A stretch of 64,000 nt of DNA from Acidobacteriota bacterium (GTDB lineage: Bacteria; Acidobacteriota; Blastocatellia; Pyrinomonadales; Pyrinomonadaceae): contig JBDTUT010000008.1 in assembly GCA_040007515.1 (NCBI GenBank), positions 43,644 through 107,643 on the forward strand, in the 5' to 3' direction. Under the pieces are notes generated by a model. It saw nothing but the letters and a program-made list of their open reading frames with translations, was not told the DNA's origin and ran no database searches. Shown here piece after piece: positions 40,192 through 49,406 of this stretch. The position numbers and the translations under genes were made by a program. Numbering within the stretch: the first letter of the stretch is position 1; every line of letters begins with the position of its first letter.

Positions 40192-40787
40192 TTGCTGTTG
40201 TTCGCTTCGGGCTTCGGAACGATCTTTTGGACCACGTTGCTGTTCGATGCGGTATTCGAATTAGGCATAGGTACCATTTGAGATCCGCCGTTGATCGCGT
40301 TTGCTGCTTCCATTTCTCTGGTGGCCCGACCCTTGCCCGGGGACTTCCACGTTCCTTTGAACAAATCTCCCACGGCGAGCTTCCACCCGGCGTCTTCCTT
40401 CACGTACGGCAGGTCTTCCCACCGGCTTTCCTTCGAATTCCACACTTCGACTGCGCCGTTAGTGCCGTCGATGCGTTCGTCCCGGATCTCGGGAAGCTTG
40501 TCCGAAAATGTGGTCGCCGTGAATCCATTCTCAAATACCTTTTCTATCGGCGTTTTCTGCTGCTGCGAGACCGCTTCAGCAAAGGCGAGTGTGTTTTTCG
40601 ACATCTGCTGCTTTATCGCGTCGAGATTTTTGGCTTTCACGGCCGTGTAAAGCTGTTTGTAACTGTTCGTCGGTGAGTCGCCGTTTTGCGCGCCGGATGA
40701 ACTGTTGCCGTTGCTACCGCTGCTGCCGCACGCGAAGCCTATTAAGCCCAAAACCACTAATAGCAATGTTAAAAGGAAAATACGCAT
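40188..40787 (-). CDS. putative lipoprotein
   Basis: MRIFLLTLLLVVLGLIGFACGSS is a lipobox-like signal peptide, followed by a Ser/Gly/Asn linker. Confidence 0.6.
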   Translation of the reverse strand: MRIFLLTLLLVVLGLIGFACGSSGSNGNSSSGAQNGDSPTNSYKQLYTAVKAKNLDAIKQQMSKNTLAFAEAVSQQQKTPIEKVFENGFTATTFSDKLPEIRDERIDGTNGAVEVWNSKESRWEDLPYVKEDAGWKLAVGDLFKGTWKSPGKGRATREMEAANAINGGSQMVPMPNSNTASNSNVVQKIVPKPEANNSK

Positions 40788-41004
40788 ACTTTGATCAAAA
40801 ACTAATTTGTTTCACAGTTCGTCGGATCGGTCGAGGTCTAAACATCCATTACGCTGACGCGGGGCCGAGCATGTTTGGAAAATTATAGGTTTACTCGGGC
40901 TAAAAGTAAATTTTGCAGCCATGTGCGGGCCGCCTTGGCGTTTACATTATCAAATTCCGGCCTTATCCTGAATAGATAAATATTTAAGAGGTTTCCTAAC
41001 GAGT

Positions 41005-41847
41005 ATGAAACGATGCCCGGCATGCAGATCGCAGTATACGGACGACACGCTGCAGTACTGTCTCCAGGATGGAACGCCGCTCGAAGCGTTCATTCAAGAA
41101 GCGGACGACGAAGCCTGGCACAGCGAAGCATTCGAAGAAGAGACCGTGGTTTCTGAACGCAGAGTGCCGACCCCTCCCGTGAAGTCACGCGCCGGCGACG
41201 CAAGTTCGTTACACATCGATCCGAAACGCAAGAGCCGCACGGGTTTGATCGTCTTTGTAACGGCGGTCGGTACTTTGTTGGCCTTGGGGATCCTCGGGGC
41301 CGGTTTTTTGATATTGTCCCGCGGCCGGCAGGATGCGTCCCGCAATAGTACGAACGTGAATGTCGCTATCGCAAAAAGTCCGGACCCGACGCCGACGGTA
41401 ACGCCAACGCCAACCGCGAGTCCGTCACCTGCATCAAATTCGACAAATGCGGACGTAGCGCCCACTCCGAACGACGCTGAGATCGGTCGCGAAGTTACCA
41501 AGGCGATCGCCGGTTGGCAGGACGCTTCCGAGTCGCTGGATACAGACAGCCTGTTCGAACGTTACGCGGACACTGTCGATTACTACCGAAACCCCGGGGC
41601 ATCTCGCGAGTTCGTGATCCGGGATAAGGAGCGGGCTTTCTCAATGTACGACTCGATCCGATTCCAGATCAGCAACATGCAGATCATGGCCGGAAAGACG
41701 CCGGATTCTGCGATTGCCGAGTTTGACAAGGCATGGGTCTTCGACGGCGACGGCCATTCCGAAGGAAAGGTGAGAAGCCGCTTGTCCCTAAAAAAGGTCG
41801 ACGGCCGGTGGCTGATAAACGGCGAACGCGATCTCAAAGTCTATTAA
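41005..41847 (+). CDS. zinc-ribbon / single-TM / NTF2-like (SnoaL/DUF4440-like) protein
   Basis: N-terminal CPACRSQYTDDTLQYCLQDG. One TM helix. Pro/Thr linker. C-terminal domain ending KVDGRWLINGERD, typical of an NTF2-like fold. Confidence 0.5.
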   Translation: MKRCPACRSQYTDDTLQYCLQDGTPLEAFIQEADDEAWHSEAFEEETVVSERRVPTPPVKSRAGDASSLHIDPKRKSRTGLIVFVTAVGTLLALGILGAGFLILSRGRQDASRNSTNVNVAIAKSPDPTPTVTPTPTASPSPASNSTNADVAPTPNDAEIGREVTKAIAGWQDASESLDTDSLFERYADTVDYYRNPGASREFVIRDKERAFSMYDSIRFQISNMQIMAGKTPDSAIAEFDKAWVFDGDGHSEGKVRSRLSLKKVDGRWLINGERDLKVY

Positions 41848-42809
41848 TGATGAAAGCACTCAAATTTGACGGCAAAACGCTCGAAGTCAGGTCGGCGGCG
41901 AAACCGCAAAGCCCCGACGAGTGTACTGTACGTGTCGTTAAGTCGGGCATTTGCAATACGGATATCGAGATCGTGCGAGGCTACGCGGGATTTACCGGAA
42001 CGATCGGACACGAGTTTGTCGGTGTGGTGGAAGCTTCGCCCGAAATTCCTGATCTAGTCGGTCGAGGAGTCGTCGGCGAGATTAATGTCGGCTGCGGAAT
42101 TTGCGGACTCTGCCGTGGCGGCGACGAACGTCACTGCCCAACGCGTACGGTGCTGGGAATAAAGGGCCGCGATGGTGCGCACGCAGAGTTTCTTGCCCTG
42201 CCCGCACGCAACCTTTTTGAAATACCGGAAAACGTGTCGAACGACGAAGCCGTTTTTGCCGAACCGCTCGCCGCCGCGTTCGGCATCACAGAGCAGGTCG
42301 TCATAGTACCCGATACAAGAGTCGCTGTGATCGGTGACGGCAAGCTTGGACTGCTTTGTCTTCGAAGCCTGTCGGGGCTATCCGAGAATATCGTTCTGAT
42401 CGGCAAACATCCGGAGAAAATGCGGCTCGGCGAAAAGTCCGGTGCGGAAACGATTTTGTCTTGCGATACTGCGAAAATGCATGGACGTTTTGACGTTGTC
42501 ATCGAAGCCAGCGGGTCGGAATCCGGATTCTCGACCGCAGTCGACATCGTCCGCCCGCGTGGAAAGATAGTGCTCAAATCGACTTTTCACGGGACGCCGT
42601 CGTGGGAAGCGTGGCGGGTCGTGGTCGATGAGATCACTATCGTTGGTTCGCGATGCGGCAGATTTGGCCCGGCACTTGATCTGCTGGCGAAGCGGAAGGT
42701 GGATGTTGCCGATTTGATCAGCGATGAATTCAGCCTGAGTGACGGGGTTCGCGCCATCGCGGCGGCATCTGCGAAAGGCGTAATGAAGGTGCTGCTAAAT
42801 AATAATTAA
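41847..42809 (+). CDS. zinc-dependent alcohol dehydrogenase family (MDR) protein
   Basis: GICNTD, GHEFVGVV, structural-zinc CGICGLCRGGDERHC, Rossmann motif VIGDGKLG. ATG overlaps the previous stop (TAATG). Confidence 0.85.
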   Translation: MMKALKFDGKTLEVRSAAKPQSPDECTVRVVKSGICNTDIEIVRGYAGFTGTIGHEFVGVVEASPEIPDLVGRGVVGEINVGCGICGLCRGGDERHCPTRTVLGIKGRDGAHAEFLALPARNLFEIPENVSNDEAVFAEPLAAAFGITEQVVIVPDTRVAVIGDGKLGLLCLRSLSGLSENIVLIGKHPEKMRLGEKSGAETILSCDTAKMHGRFDVVIEASGSESGFSTAVDIVRPRGKIVLKSTFHGTPSWEAWRVVVDEITIVGSRCGRFGPALDLLAKRKVDVADLISDEFSLSDGVRAIAAASAKGVMKVLLNNN

Positions 42810-42914
42810 TATGTCGTACGCGGCACCGTCTTTGTCGGAATTTATCGCTCTGATTTTGTTATAATCGGTTGCGAAAATAAATGCCCGGCTCAGAAGTTTT
42901 AAGGAGACGCATCT

Positions 42915-44456
42915 ATGCCTGAATTTCAAAGTCCTTCAGCCCGAATTCTCGGTCTTTGCGGCCTGCTTACCGCGATCGCCTTCACGGGTGCGGCGTCAGC
43001 CGACACACAAGCTCAATCGACGACGCGGACGGACGCTCCGGCCATCACGGCAACTGTTCCGGAGCGACTTTCCGATTCATTCGCGGACATTGCTAAGCGT
43101 GTTGAGCCGGCAGTAGTCAGCATCGATACAAAGGGTAAATTGTCTGAGCCGGCTTCGCAGGCCCAATCCGCACCGGGGCAGCCTGACGACATTCTCGAAT
43201 TCTTTCGCCGCCAGATGCCGCGCCGCCCGATCTACTCGGTCGGCAGCGGATTTATCGTCGATAAAAGCGGCTATATAATGACCAACGCCCATGTCGTCGA
43301 GGACGCGGTAAAAATCACGGTAAAGCTCGATTCCGGGGATGAATTCCAGGCACGCGTCGTAGGCACGGACGAGGAAACTGACCTGGCGATTTTGAAAATT
43401 GACGCGGAAAAAGACCTGCCTTTCGTCAAACTTGGAAACTCCGATCGTGCCCGGGTCGGCGAATGGGTTCTGGCTATCGGTTCGCCTTTCGGATTGACCA
43501 AAACCGTCACGGCCGGCATTATTTCGCAAACGCGCCGCGAAACCCCAAGCACATCGGCGTTTCAGAAATTCATTCAAACTGACGCTGCGATAAACCGAGG
43601 CAATTCCGGCGGTCCGCTTGTGAATATGGACGGCGAGGTCATCGGGATCAACTCTCAGATCGCTACCTCGACCGGCGATTACAACGGCGTCGGCTTTGCT
43701 CTTCCCTCGTCCGAGGCGGCGAATGTTTACGACCAGATCGTCAGGTCCGGAAAGGTCCGACGGGGATTTCTGGGTGTTGGCCTCGAATCGGTCAAGGCCG
43801 AGTTTGCCAAGGTCTACGGGCTGAAGGAAGCCAAAGGAGCGATCCTGACCGAGGTGCGTGAGTCCCGCGGGGCCGCCGCGACGGCCGGAATGCAGGTCGG
43901 CGATGTCATTGTCGGATTTGACGGCAAGCCAGTCGAGAACGCTCAGGACCTCATCGCAAAGGTGTCGTCGACGCCGCCCGAGCAAACGGTTAACATCGAA
44001 TATCTGCGGGAAAACGGCAGCAGCATCGAACGTAAAACGGCTGCGATCCGCTTGGGTGAACGGCCGACTCCAAACCGAACTTCTAATGCCGGAGCGACGG
44101 GCGACCAACTGCTCGACCGGTCAAAAACGGATGTTCGCCCCTTCGGGTTGACGTTGACCGGGTTGACTCCGCCGCTGGCCACAAAATATAAACTCACGGG
44201 GCTCAAAGGCGTCCTCGTGACCGAAGTAAATCCCGACAGCTACATCGCCGACGTCAAACAGTCGAACGGCGGAGAGGCGTTGGGCGAAGGCGATTTGATA
44301 CAGCGGATCAATCGTGTGTCTGTTTCCGACCCGAAGGTGTTTGCGGAGATCGTCGGGAAATTGAAAAAAGGCGACCCGGTTGTGCTGCATGTTCTAGCGT
44401 CAGGCGGTTCGTCACGGGCGGCACAATTAAAGATCGTTCAATTCACAGTTCAATAG
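42915..44456 (+). CDS. htrA: Do/DegP/HtrA-family periplasmic serine protease with two PDZ domains
   Basis: Signal peptide. Catalytic TNAHVV, DLAILK and GNSGGPLVN. Two PDZ-like segments. Confidence 0.9.
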   Translation: MPEFQSPSARILGLCGLLTAIAFTGAASADTQAQSTTRTDAPAITATVPERLSDSFADIAKRVEPAVVSIDTKGKLSEPASQAQSAPGQPDDILEFFRRQMPRRPIYSVGSGFIVDKSGYIMTNAHVVEDAVKITVKLDSGDEFQARVVGTDEETDLAILKIDAEKDLPFVKLGNSDRARVGEWVLAIGSPFGLTKTVTAGIISQTRRETPSTSAFQKFIQTDAAINRGNSGGPLVNMDGEVIGINSQIATSTGDYNGVGFALPSSEAANVYDQIVRSGKVRRGFLGVGLESVKAEFAKVYGLKEAKGAILTEVRESRGAAATAGMQVGDVIVGFDGKPVENAQDLIAKVSSTPPEQTVNIEYLRENGSSIERKTAAIRLGERPTPNRTSNAGATGDQLLDRSKTDVRPFGLTLTGLTPPLATKYKLTGLKGVLVTEVNPDSYIADVKQSNGGEALGEGDLIQRINRVSVSDPKVFAEIVGKLKKGDPVVLHVLASGGSSRAAQLKIVQFTVQ

Positions 44457-44471
44457 TCTCATCTCTTCATG

Positions 44472-44526
44472 AATCGTAAACCGCGAATGGAAAAGTTTTC
44501 CGTCGCGGTTTACGATTTATTATTTT
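44472..44526 (+). terminator. long-stem rho-independent terminator after htrA
   Basis: AATCGTAAACCGCGA ... TCGCGGTTTACGATT (15-bp stem with an inner GGAAAAgTTTTCC palindrome) followed by TATTATTTT. Confidence 0.65.
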
Positions 44527-44547
44527 CCAAACAAATTCACCAAACAT

Positions 44548-46080
44548 ATGGCAAGAGCAAAAGAAGCAAAGACAAAGAAATCAACCGCAAAGACCTATAA
44601 CAACTATATCGGGGGCGAATGGGTAAAGAGTTCATCCGGCGAATGGTTTGAAAATGTTAACCCCGCGGACACGAGCGATGTGATCGGACGCTTTCCGCTG
44701 TCGAACGCCGACGACGTCAATAAAGCCGTCGACGCGGCGAAAAAGGCCGCAACCAAATGGCGTCGAACGCCCGCCCCGAAACGTGCGGAACTGTTGTTCC
44801 GTCTCGCCGAGATCCTTCGTGACAACAAGGACCGTTTCACCCGCGACATGACGCGCGAAATGGGTAAGGTCACGAAAGAGTCCGGCGGCGACGTTCAGGA
44901 AGCGATCGACTGCACCTATTACACCGCCGGCGAAGGCCGCAGGCTGCACGGCTTTACCACGCCGGCCGAAATGCCGAGCAAGTTCGCGATGTGCGTCCGG
45001 CAACCGGTCGGGCTTTGCGGCTTGATAACGCCGTTTAATTTCCCGATGGCCATACCGTCGTGGAAACTGATTCCCGCACTCGTTTGCGGCAACACGGTCG
45101 TTCTCAAATCCGGCGAGGACGTTCCGCTTTCGTCGCTGAACCTCGTGAAAGCATGTGAAGAAGCCGGCATTCCGAAAGGCGTCGTCAATCTGATCAACGG
45201 CCACGGTGCCGATGTCGGCTCGACACTTGTGAGCCATCCGGACGTGCGGCTCATTTCGTTCACAGGTTCGACAGACACCGGACGGATCATCGCTGAGCAA
45301 TGTGCACGCGACAACAAGTTAGTCTCACTCGAAATGGGCGGCAAGAACGCGATCATCGTCATGGACGACGCCGACATCGACAACGCCGTCGAGGGCTCGC
45401 TGTGGGGCGCGTTCGGAACGAGTGGACAGCGATGTACAGCATCGTCGAGGCTTGTCGTTCACAAAAAGGTTTACAAACAATTCGTCACGAAACTGGTCGA
45501 GCGTGTGAAGAAACTCCGTGTCGGCAACGGGCTCGATGCAAAAACCGAAGTCGGGCCGGTCATTCACGAAGACGCGATGAACAACATTCTTCGCTACATC
45601 GAGATCGGCCAGACGGAAGACAAAGCGACACTTGCATGCGGCGGAAATCGTCTGACCAAAGGCGATTACAAGAAAGGCTGGTACATTGAGCCGACCGTTT
45701 TCTCGGACGTCGCGCCGAACCACCGCATAGCACAGGAAGAGATCTTCGGGCCGGTGACGTCGGTCATCCCGTTTTCGACGCTCGACGAAGCAATCGACAT
45801 CGTCAACGGCGTCAAATACGGCCTGTCGTCCGCCATTTACACGAACAACGTGAACAACTCGTTCTATGCGATGCAGGAGCTTTACACCGGCATCTGCTAT
45901 GTAAATTCCGCGACGATCGGTGCCGAGGTCCACTTGCCGTTCGGCGGAACGAAAGGCACAGGCAACGGCCACCGCGAAGCCGGAACACAGGTTCTGGACA
46001 TCTTCACCGAGTGGAAATCGCTCTACATCGACTATTCCGGCAAGCTGCAAAAGGCCCAGATCGACGTGGTCGACATTTAG
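44548..46080 (+). CDS. NAD(P)-dependent aldehyde dehydrogenase family protein
   Basis: [15 protein letters not shown] (ELGGKN motif), catalytic Cys context [10 protein letters not shown]. 510 aa. Confidence 0.9.
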   Translation: MARAKEAKTKKSTAKTYNNYIGGEWVKSSSGEWFENVNPADTSDVIGRFPLSNADDVNKAVDAAKKAATKWRRTPAPKRAELLFRLAEILRDNKDRFTRDMTREMGKVTKESGGDVQEAIDCTYYTAGEGRRLHGFTTPAEMPSKFAMCVRQPVGLCGLITPFNFPMAIPSWKLIPALVCGNTVVLKSGEDVPLSSLNLVKACEEAGIPKGVVNLINGHGADVGSTLVSHPDVRLISFTGSTDTGRIIAEQCARDNKLVSLEMGGKNAIIVMDDADIDNAVEGSLWGAFGTSGQRCTASSRLVVHKKVYKQFVTKLVERVKKLRVGNGLDAKTEVGPVIHEDAMNNILRYIEIGQTEDKATLACGGNRLTKGDYKKGWYIEPTVFSDVAPNHRIAQEEIFGPVTSVIPFSTLDEAIDIVNGVKYGLSSAIYTNNVNNSFYAMQELYTGICYVNSATIGAEVHLPFGGTKGTGNGHREAGTQVLDIFTEWKSLYIDYSGKLQKAQIDVVDI

Positions 46081-46104
46081 GACATCAGCCGGTTTCCCGA
46101 AAGT

Positions 46105-46285
46105 TGTCCCGGCGTGTCCCGCTGCTGTCCCGTTAGGTCGTGGGACGGCTAAACCTAGGTATCGATTAAACTTAGGCGACGTGTCCCGCGATATCAGCGA
46201 TAATACTGTGCGCGGGACGCGTAAATCGTAAGCCGTTGCAAACACATCGGTTAACGAGAGTGTCCCGAAAACGCCGCACGGGACA
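46105..46285. repeat. cluster of eight GTCCC-core copies: five direct TGTCCCG, two inverted CGGGAC, one inverted GGGAC
   Basis: TGTCCCG at 46105, 46115, 46126, 46182 and 46261. Complement CGGGAC at 46213 and 46279. Complement GGGAC (GTCCCA) at 46142. Confidence 0.8.
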
Positions 46286-46295
46286 CTCTTTTTTT
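46256..46295 (+). terminator. strong rho-independent terminator
   Basis: AGAGTGTCCCG-aaaacgccgca-CGGGACACTCT followed by a T7 run. Confidence 0.8.
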
Positions 46296-46587
46296 CGCGC
46301 CGTCATGTTCTTCACCTTACAGACAATATTTCAAAGAACCTCGATCGTCCTGACGGCGATCGATCTCGTTATTGTATCATAGATCGCAACTTGTATAAGC
46401 TATGAAACAAGGCGACTATCGGCTGCCCGGCTTGGCATTTTCTTCGACGGTCGGAAAGCTCGCTCGGACCGGTCCAAGGCGGCGCACATAAAGTTAACGC
46501 TCGCGTTTAGGAATTCCGGTGAAAAATCGTAGAATCATTAATTATAGTCATTTCTTATAACAAGCAAGATTTTAGGAGAGATTGTTT

Positions 46588-47721
46588 ATGAAAGTCGGTC
46601 TTCCAAAAGAGATCAAAGATAACGAGTATCGCGTCGGGCTGACGCCGGCGGGCGTTCAGGCCCTGGCGCACGCGGGCCATGACGTTTTTGTGCAAAAGAC
46701 GGCGGGCGAAGGTTCGGGTTTTACGGACGAGCAGTATGTAAAGGCCGGCGGCCAACTGCTTGATACGGCGGACGAGGTTTGGGCGACGGGTGACATGATC
46801 GTCAAGGTCAAAGAGCCGGTCGCGCCTGAGTATCCGCGGATGCGCGAGAACCAGTTGCTGTTCACGTACCTGCACCTCGCACCCGAGCTCGAATTGACGC
46901 GCGTCATGCTCGAGCGAAAGGTGACGGGCGTCGCGTACGAGACGATCATCAAGGACGGCAAGCTGCCGCTTTTGACGCCGATGTCGGAAGTTGCGGGCCG
47001 CATGTCAGTCCAGGTCGGCGCTACATATCTCGAAAAAATGAACGGCGGCCGCGGCATTCTGCTCGGCGGCGTTCCCGGCGTGCCGGCGGCAAATGTCGTC
47101 ATCCTTGGCGGCGGTATCGTCGGCACGGAAGCGGCGAAAATGGCTGTAGGACTCGGTGCAAAGGTCACGATCATCGACCGAAACCTTGACCGGCTTCGCC
47201 AACTCGACGACATTTTTCTTTCCAAAGTTCAGACGCTCGCTTCGTCGCGTTACGCGATCGAAGAAGCGATATCGCACGCCGATCTCATCATCGGTGCCGT
47301 GCTGGTGGTCGGTGCCGCTGCTCCAAAGCTTGTGACGCGTGACATGCTGCATCTGATCCCGCAGGGAGCGGTGCTCGTCGACGTCGCCGTCGATCAGGGC
47401 GGCTGTTTTGAAACGACTCACGCGACGACGCACTCGAACCCGACCTATTACGAGGAAGGCGTGCTGCATTACTGCGTAGCCAATATGCCGGGAGCGGTGC
47501 CGCGCACCTCGACATTCGCTCTGACGAACGCAACGCTGCCGTATGCGCTCGATCTCGCGAATAAAGGCTTCGAAAAGGCGATCGCCGATGACGCCGGGCT
47601 TCGCGAAGGCGTCAACACCTACGCCGGCAAGCTTACGTACGAAGCGGTCGCAGCATCGCAGAACCTCGAATACACACCGCTGGACAGCGTGCTCGACATG
47701 AAGACCGCGTCAGCGGGCTAG
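46588..47721 (+). CDS. ald: alanine dehydrogenase
   Basis: [23 protein letters not shown] motif [35 protein letters not shown] 46588 preferred over TTG 46582. Confidence 0.92.
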   Translation: MKVGLPKEIKDNEYRVGLTPAGVQALAHAGHDVFVQKTAGEGSGFTDEQYVKAGGQLLDTADEVWATGDMIVKVKEPVAPEYPRMRENQLLFTYLHLAPELELTRVMLERKVTGVAYETIIKDGKLPLLTPMSEVAGRMSVQVGATYLEKMNGGRGILLGGVPGVPAANVVILGGGIVGTEAAKMAVGLGAKVTIIDRNLDRLRQLDDIFLSKVQTLASSRYAIEEAISHADLIIGAVLVVGAAAPKLVTRDMLHLIPQGAVLVDVAVDQGGCFETTHATTHSNPTYYEEGVLHYCVANMPGAVPRTSTFALTNATLPYALDLANKGFEKAIADDAGLREGVNTYAGKLTYEAVAASQNLEYTPLDSVLDMKTASAG

Positions 47722-47723
47722 GG

Positions 47724-47856
47724 CAGAACCGGGAGCGGTAGCGACCGGGTAACGTCTAAACTGAGAAGGCACGAATCTTAACTGATTCGTGCCTTTTTGG
47801 CTTTTTCGTAGTCCACAGCCCATCGGGCGACCCAGTCGCTATCGCTCCCGGTTCTG
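47724..47856. repeat. 27-nt inverted repeat pair (family C) bracketing the ald terminator
   Basis: CAGAACCGGGAGCGGTAGCGACCGGGT (47724-47750) against ACCCAGTCGCTATCGCTCCCGGTTCTG (47830-47856). 25 of 27 positions are complementary. Confidence 0.8.
47766..47798 (+). terminator. rho-independent terminator after ald
   Basis: AAGGCACGAATC-ttaact-GATTCGTGCCTT followed by TTT. Confidence 0.75.
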
Positions 47857-47915
47857 ACTTGACGCTTACTTGCCAACCTTCTGTCGCAAAACATACACTA
47901 AGTAGTTTCTTTACC

Positions 47916-49331
47916 ATGTACGAATTTGCAGTAACACCGGCTGTCACACAGCTTCGCCGACCGGGCGTGATAATTACGGAGGTCACGCCGGACAGTTTGG
48001 CGGAGGAGCTGGAGCTTGCCCCGAGCGATCGAATAATCCGCGTTAACGGGCGGCCCGTGCGCGACTATCTCGATTTTCGCTTTCAGACGGCCGGCGAGAC
48101 GGAACTCGTTTTCAAAGTGAAAAAAGTCAACGGCGAGACGCACGAGATCGAATTTGACCGCGACGAAGGCGAAGATTTCGGCTTGATGTTCGAACAGATC
48201 GTCCCGCGTCAGTGTGCCAACGAGTGCCTTTTTTGCTTCTGCAAGGGAAACCCCGACGACGCGAGGCCGTCGCTCTTCGTTCGTGACGAGGACATTCGAC
48301 TTTCCTTCCTTTACGGCAATTACACGACGCTCAGCTCGATAACCGAAGACGAGATGAGCCGCATCATCGAGCAGCGTCTTTCGCCGCAGTATGTTTCGGT
48401 GCACGCGACCGACCTCAAGACTCGGGCTTATCTGCTGGGTGTCGAAGAAAAGCGTGCCGACATCGACGCCAAGTTGCGGCGGCTGCTGGATAACGATATC
48501 GAACTCCACGCACAGGTCGTGCTTTGCCCGGAGATAAACGACGGCAAAATTCTCGAAAAAACGCTTCGCGATCTCGCGGCGGAATATCCAAAAGTGGTGA
48601 GCACTGCAGTAGTACCGGTTGCGCTCACGCGGTACAACACGGACGAACGCCTAACGCGCGTCACGCCGGAATTTTGCCGGCGAACGATAAAGGAAGTCGA
48701 AAAGCTGCAAAAGGAATTCAGAAAAACGCTCGGCGTTACGTTCGCGTTCCTCGGCGATGAGATATATGTGAAAGCGGGCGTCGAGATACCGTCGCGTCGG
48801 CATTACGGCAATTATCCGCAGATCGAAGACGGCGTCGGGATGATCCGCTCGTTTTTGAACACGTTCGGAAGCCTTCTCACCCGACAAGCCGCTAAAACGC
48901 CCAGATTCAAAAATGTGCGAACGCACGCTGCCGCGATCGTCCCCGACACGGCCGCCCGCACGGTGGCAAGTTTGGATCACGCGGCGACGCTGAACGGCAC
49001 GATTTGTACGGGCGAAATGTTCGCTCCGTTTCTCGAGGAGCAGATCGGGCGATACAACGCTCTGACCGGTTCCGATCTGTTCGTGCTCGGCGTGCCGAAT
49101 ACGTATTTCGGCGGCGACGTTTCGGTCGCGGGACTGCTTTCCGGCAGGGACTACGTCAATATCAAGGACCAGATCAGAGGCGATTTTGTCATCATTCCGA
49201 AGCACACGATAAAGTCCGATGAGCCGATCATGATCGACGGATTGATGTTCGAAGATCTGAAAGCCCAATTTCACGTGCCTGTCTACGACTTCGACATAAA
49301 CGAACTCGTCGACTTTCTCGATAACCGGTAA
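47916..49331 (+). CDS. DUF512 / PDZ-containing putative radical-SAM-type protein
   Basis: N-terminal PDZ-like segment (VIITEVTPDSLAEELELAPSDRIIRVNGRPV). Cys cluster CANECLFCFC. ATG 47916 preferred over the TTG at 47859, which lies in the repeat. Confidence 0.7.
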   Translation: MYEFAVTPAVTQLRRPGVIITEVTPDSLAEELELAPSDRIIRVNGRPVRDYLDFRFQTAGETELVFKVKKVNGETHEIEFDRDEGEDFGLMFEQIVPRQCANECLFCFCKGNPDDARPSLFVRDEDIRLSFLYGNYTTLSSITEDEMSRIIEQRLSPQYVSVHATDLKTRAYLLGVEEKRADIDAKLRRLLDNDIELHAQVVLCPEINDGKILEKTLRDLAAEYPKVVSTAVVPVALTRYNTDERLTRVTPEFCRRTIKEVEKLQKEFRKTLGVTFAFLGDEIYVKAGVEIPSRRHYGNYPQIEDGVGMIRSFLNTFGSLLTRQAAKTPRFKNVRTHAAAIVPDTAARTVASLDHAATLNGTICTGEMFAPFLEEQIGRYNALTGSDLFVLGVPNTYFGGDVSVAGLLSGRDYVNIKDQIRGDFVIIPKHTIKSDEPIMIDGLMFEDLKAQFHVPVYDFDINELVDFLDNR

Positions 49332-49352
49332 CCGACGATCATTCAAACAACA

Positions 49353-49383
49353 AAGGGCACGAATTTATACTTCGTGCCCTTTT
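49353..49383. terminator. bidirectional terminator hairpin between convergent DUF512 and tonB-like genes
   Basis: AAGGGCACGAA-tttatac-TTCGTGCCCTT, flanked by an A-rich 5' side and a T-run on the 3' side. Confidence 0.7.
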
Positions 49384-49406
49384 CCATTGTATAAAACATT
49401 TGCAGC

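Noticed and set aside
43077-44108. 343-aa antisense ORF inside htrA. Similar long shadow ORFs occur at 14216-15103, 12875-13534, 45325-46245, 47898-48509, 48651-49346 and 54623-55684.
   Set aside because: Each lies entirely opposite a gene with strong family motifs. Their Arg/Gly/Asp-rich translations are typical antisense shadows in GC-rich DNA. No motifs were recognised.
46300-46360. CGCCGTCA ... TGACGGCG inverted repeat containing a 25-codon mini-ORF (MFFTLQTIFQRTSIVLTAIDLVIVS) upstream of ald, considered as a leader-peptide attenuator.
   Set aside because: There is no RBS, no run of regulatory codons (for example Ala), and no terminator/antiterminator alternative that I could draw. It is about 230 nt from the ald start.
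46433-46446. Sigma-54-like TGGCA-N-TTCG upstream of ald, considered as a partner for the TGTCCCG array acting as an enhancer.
   Set aside because: The -12 element reads TTCGA rather than TTGC at the required spacing. No EBP gene is nearby.
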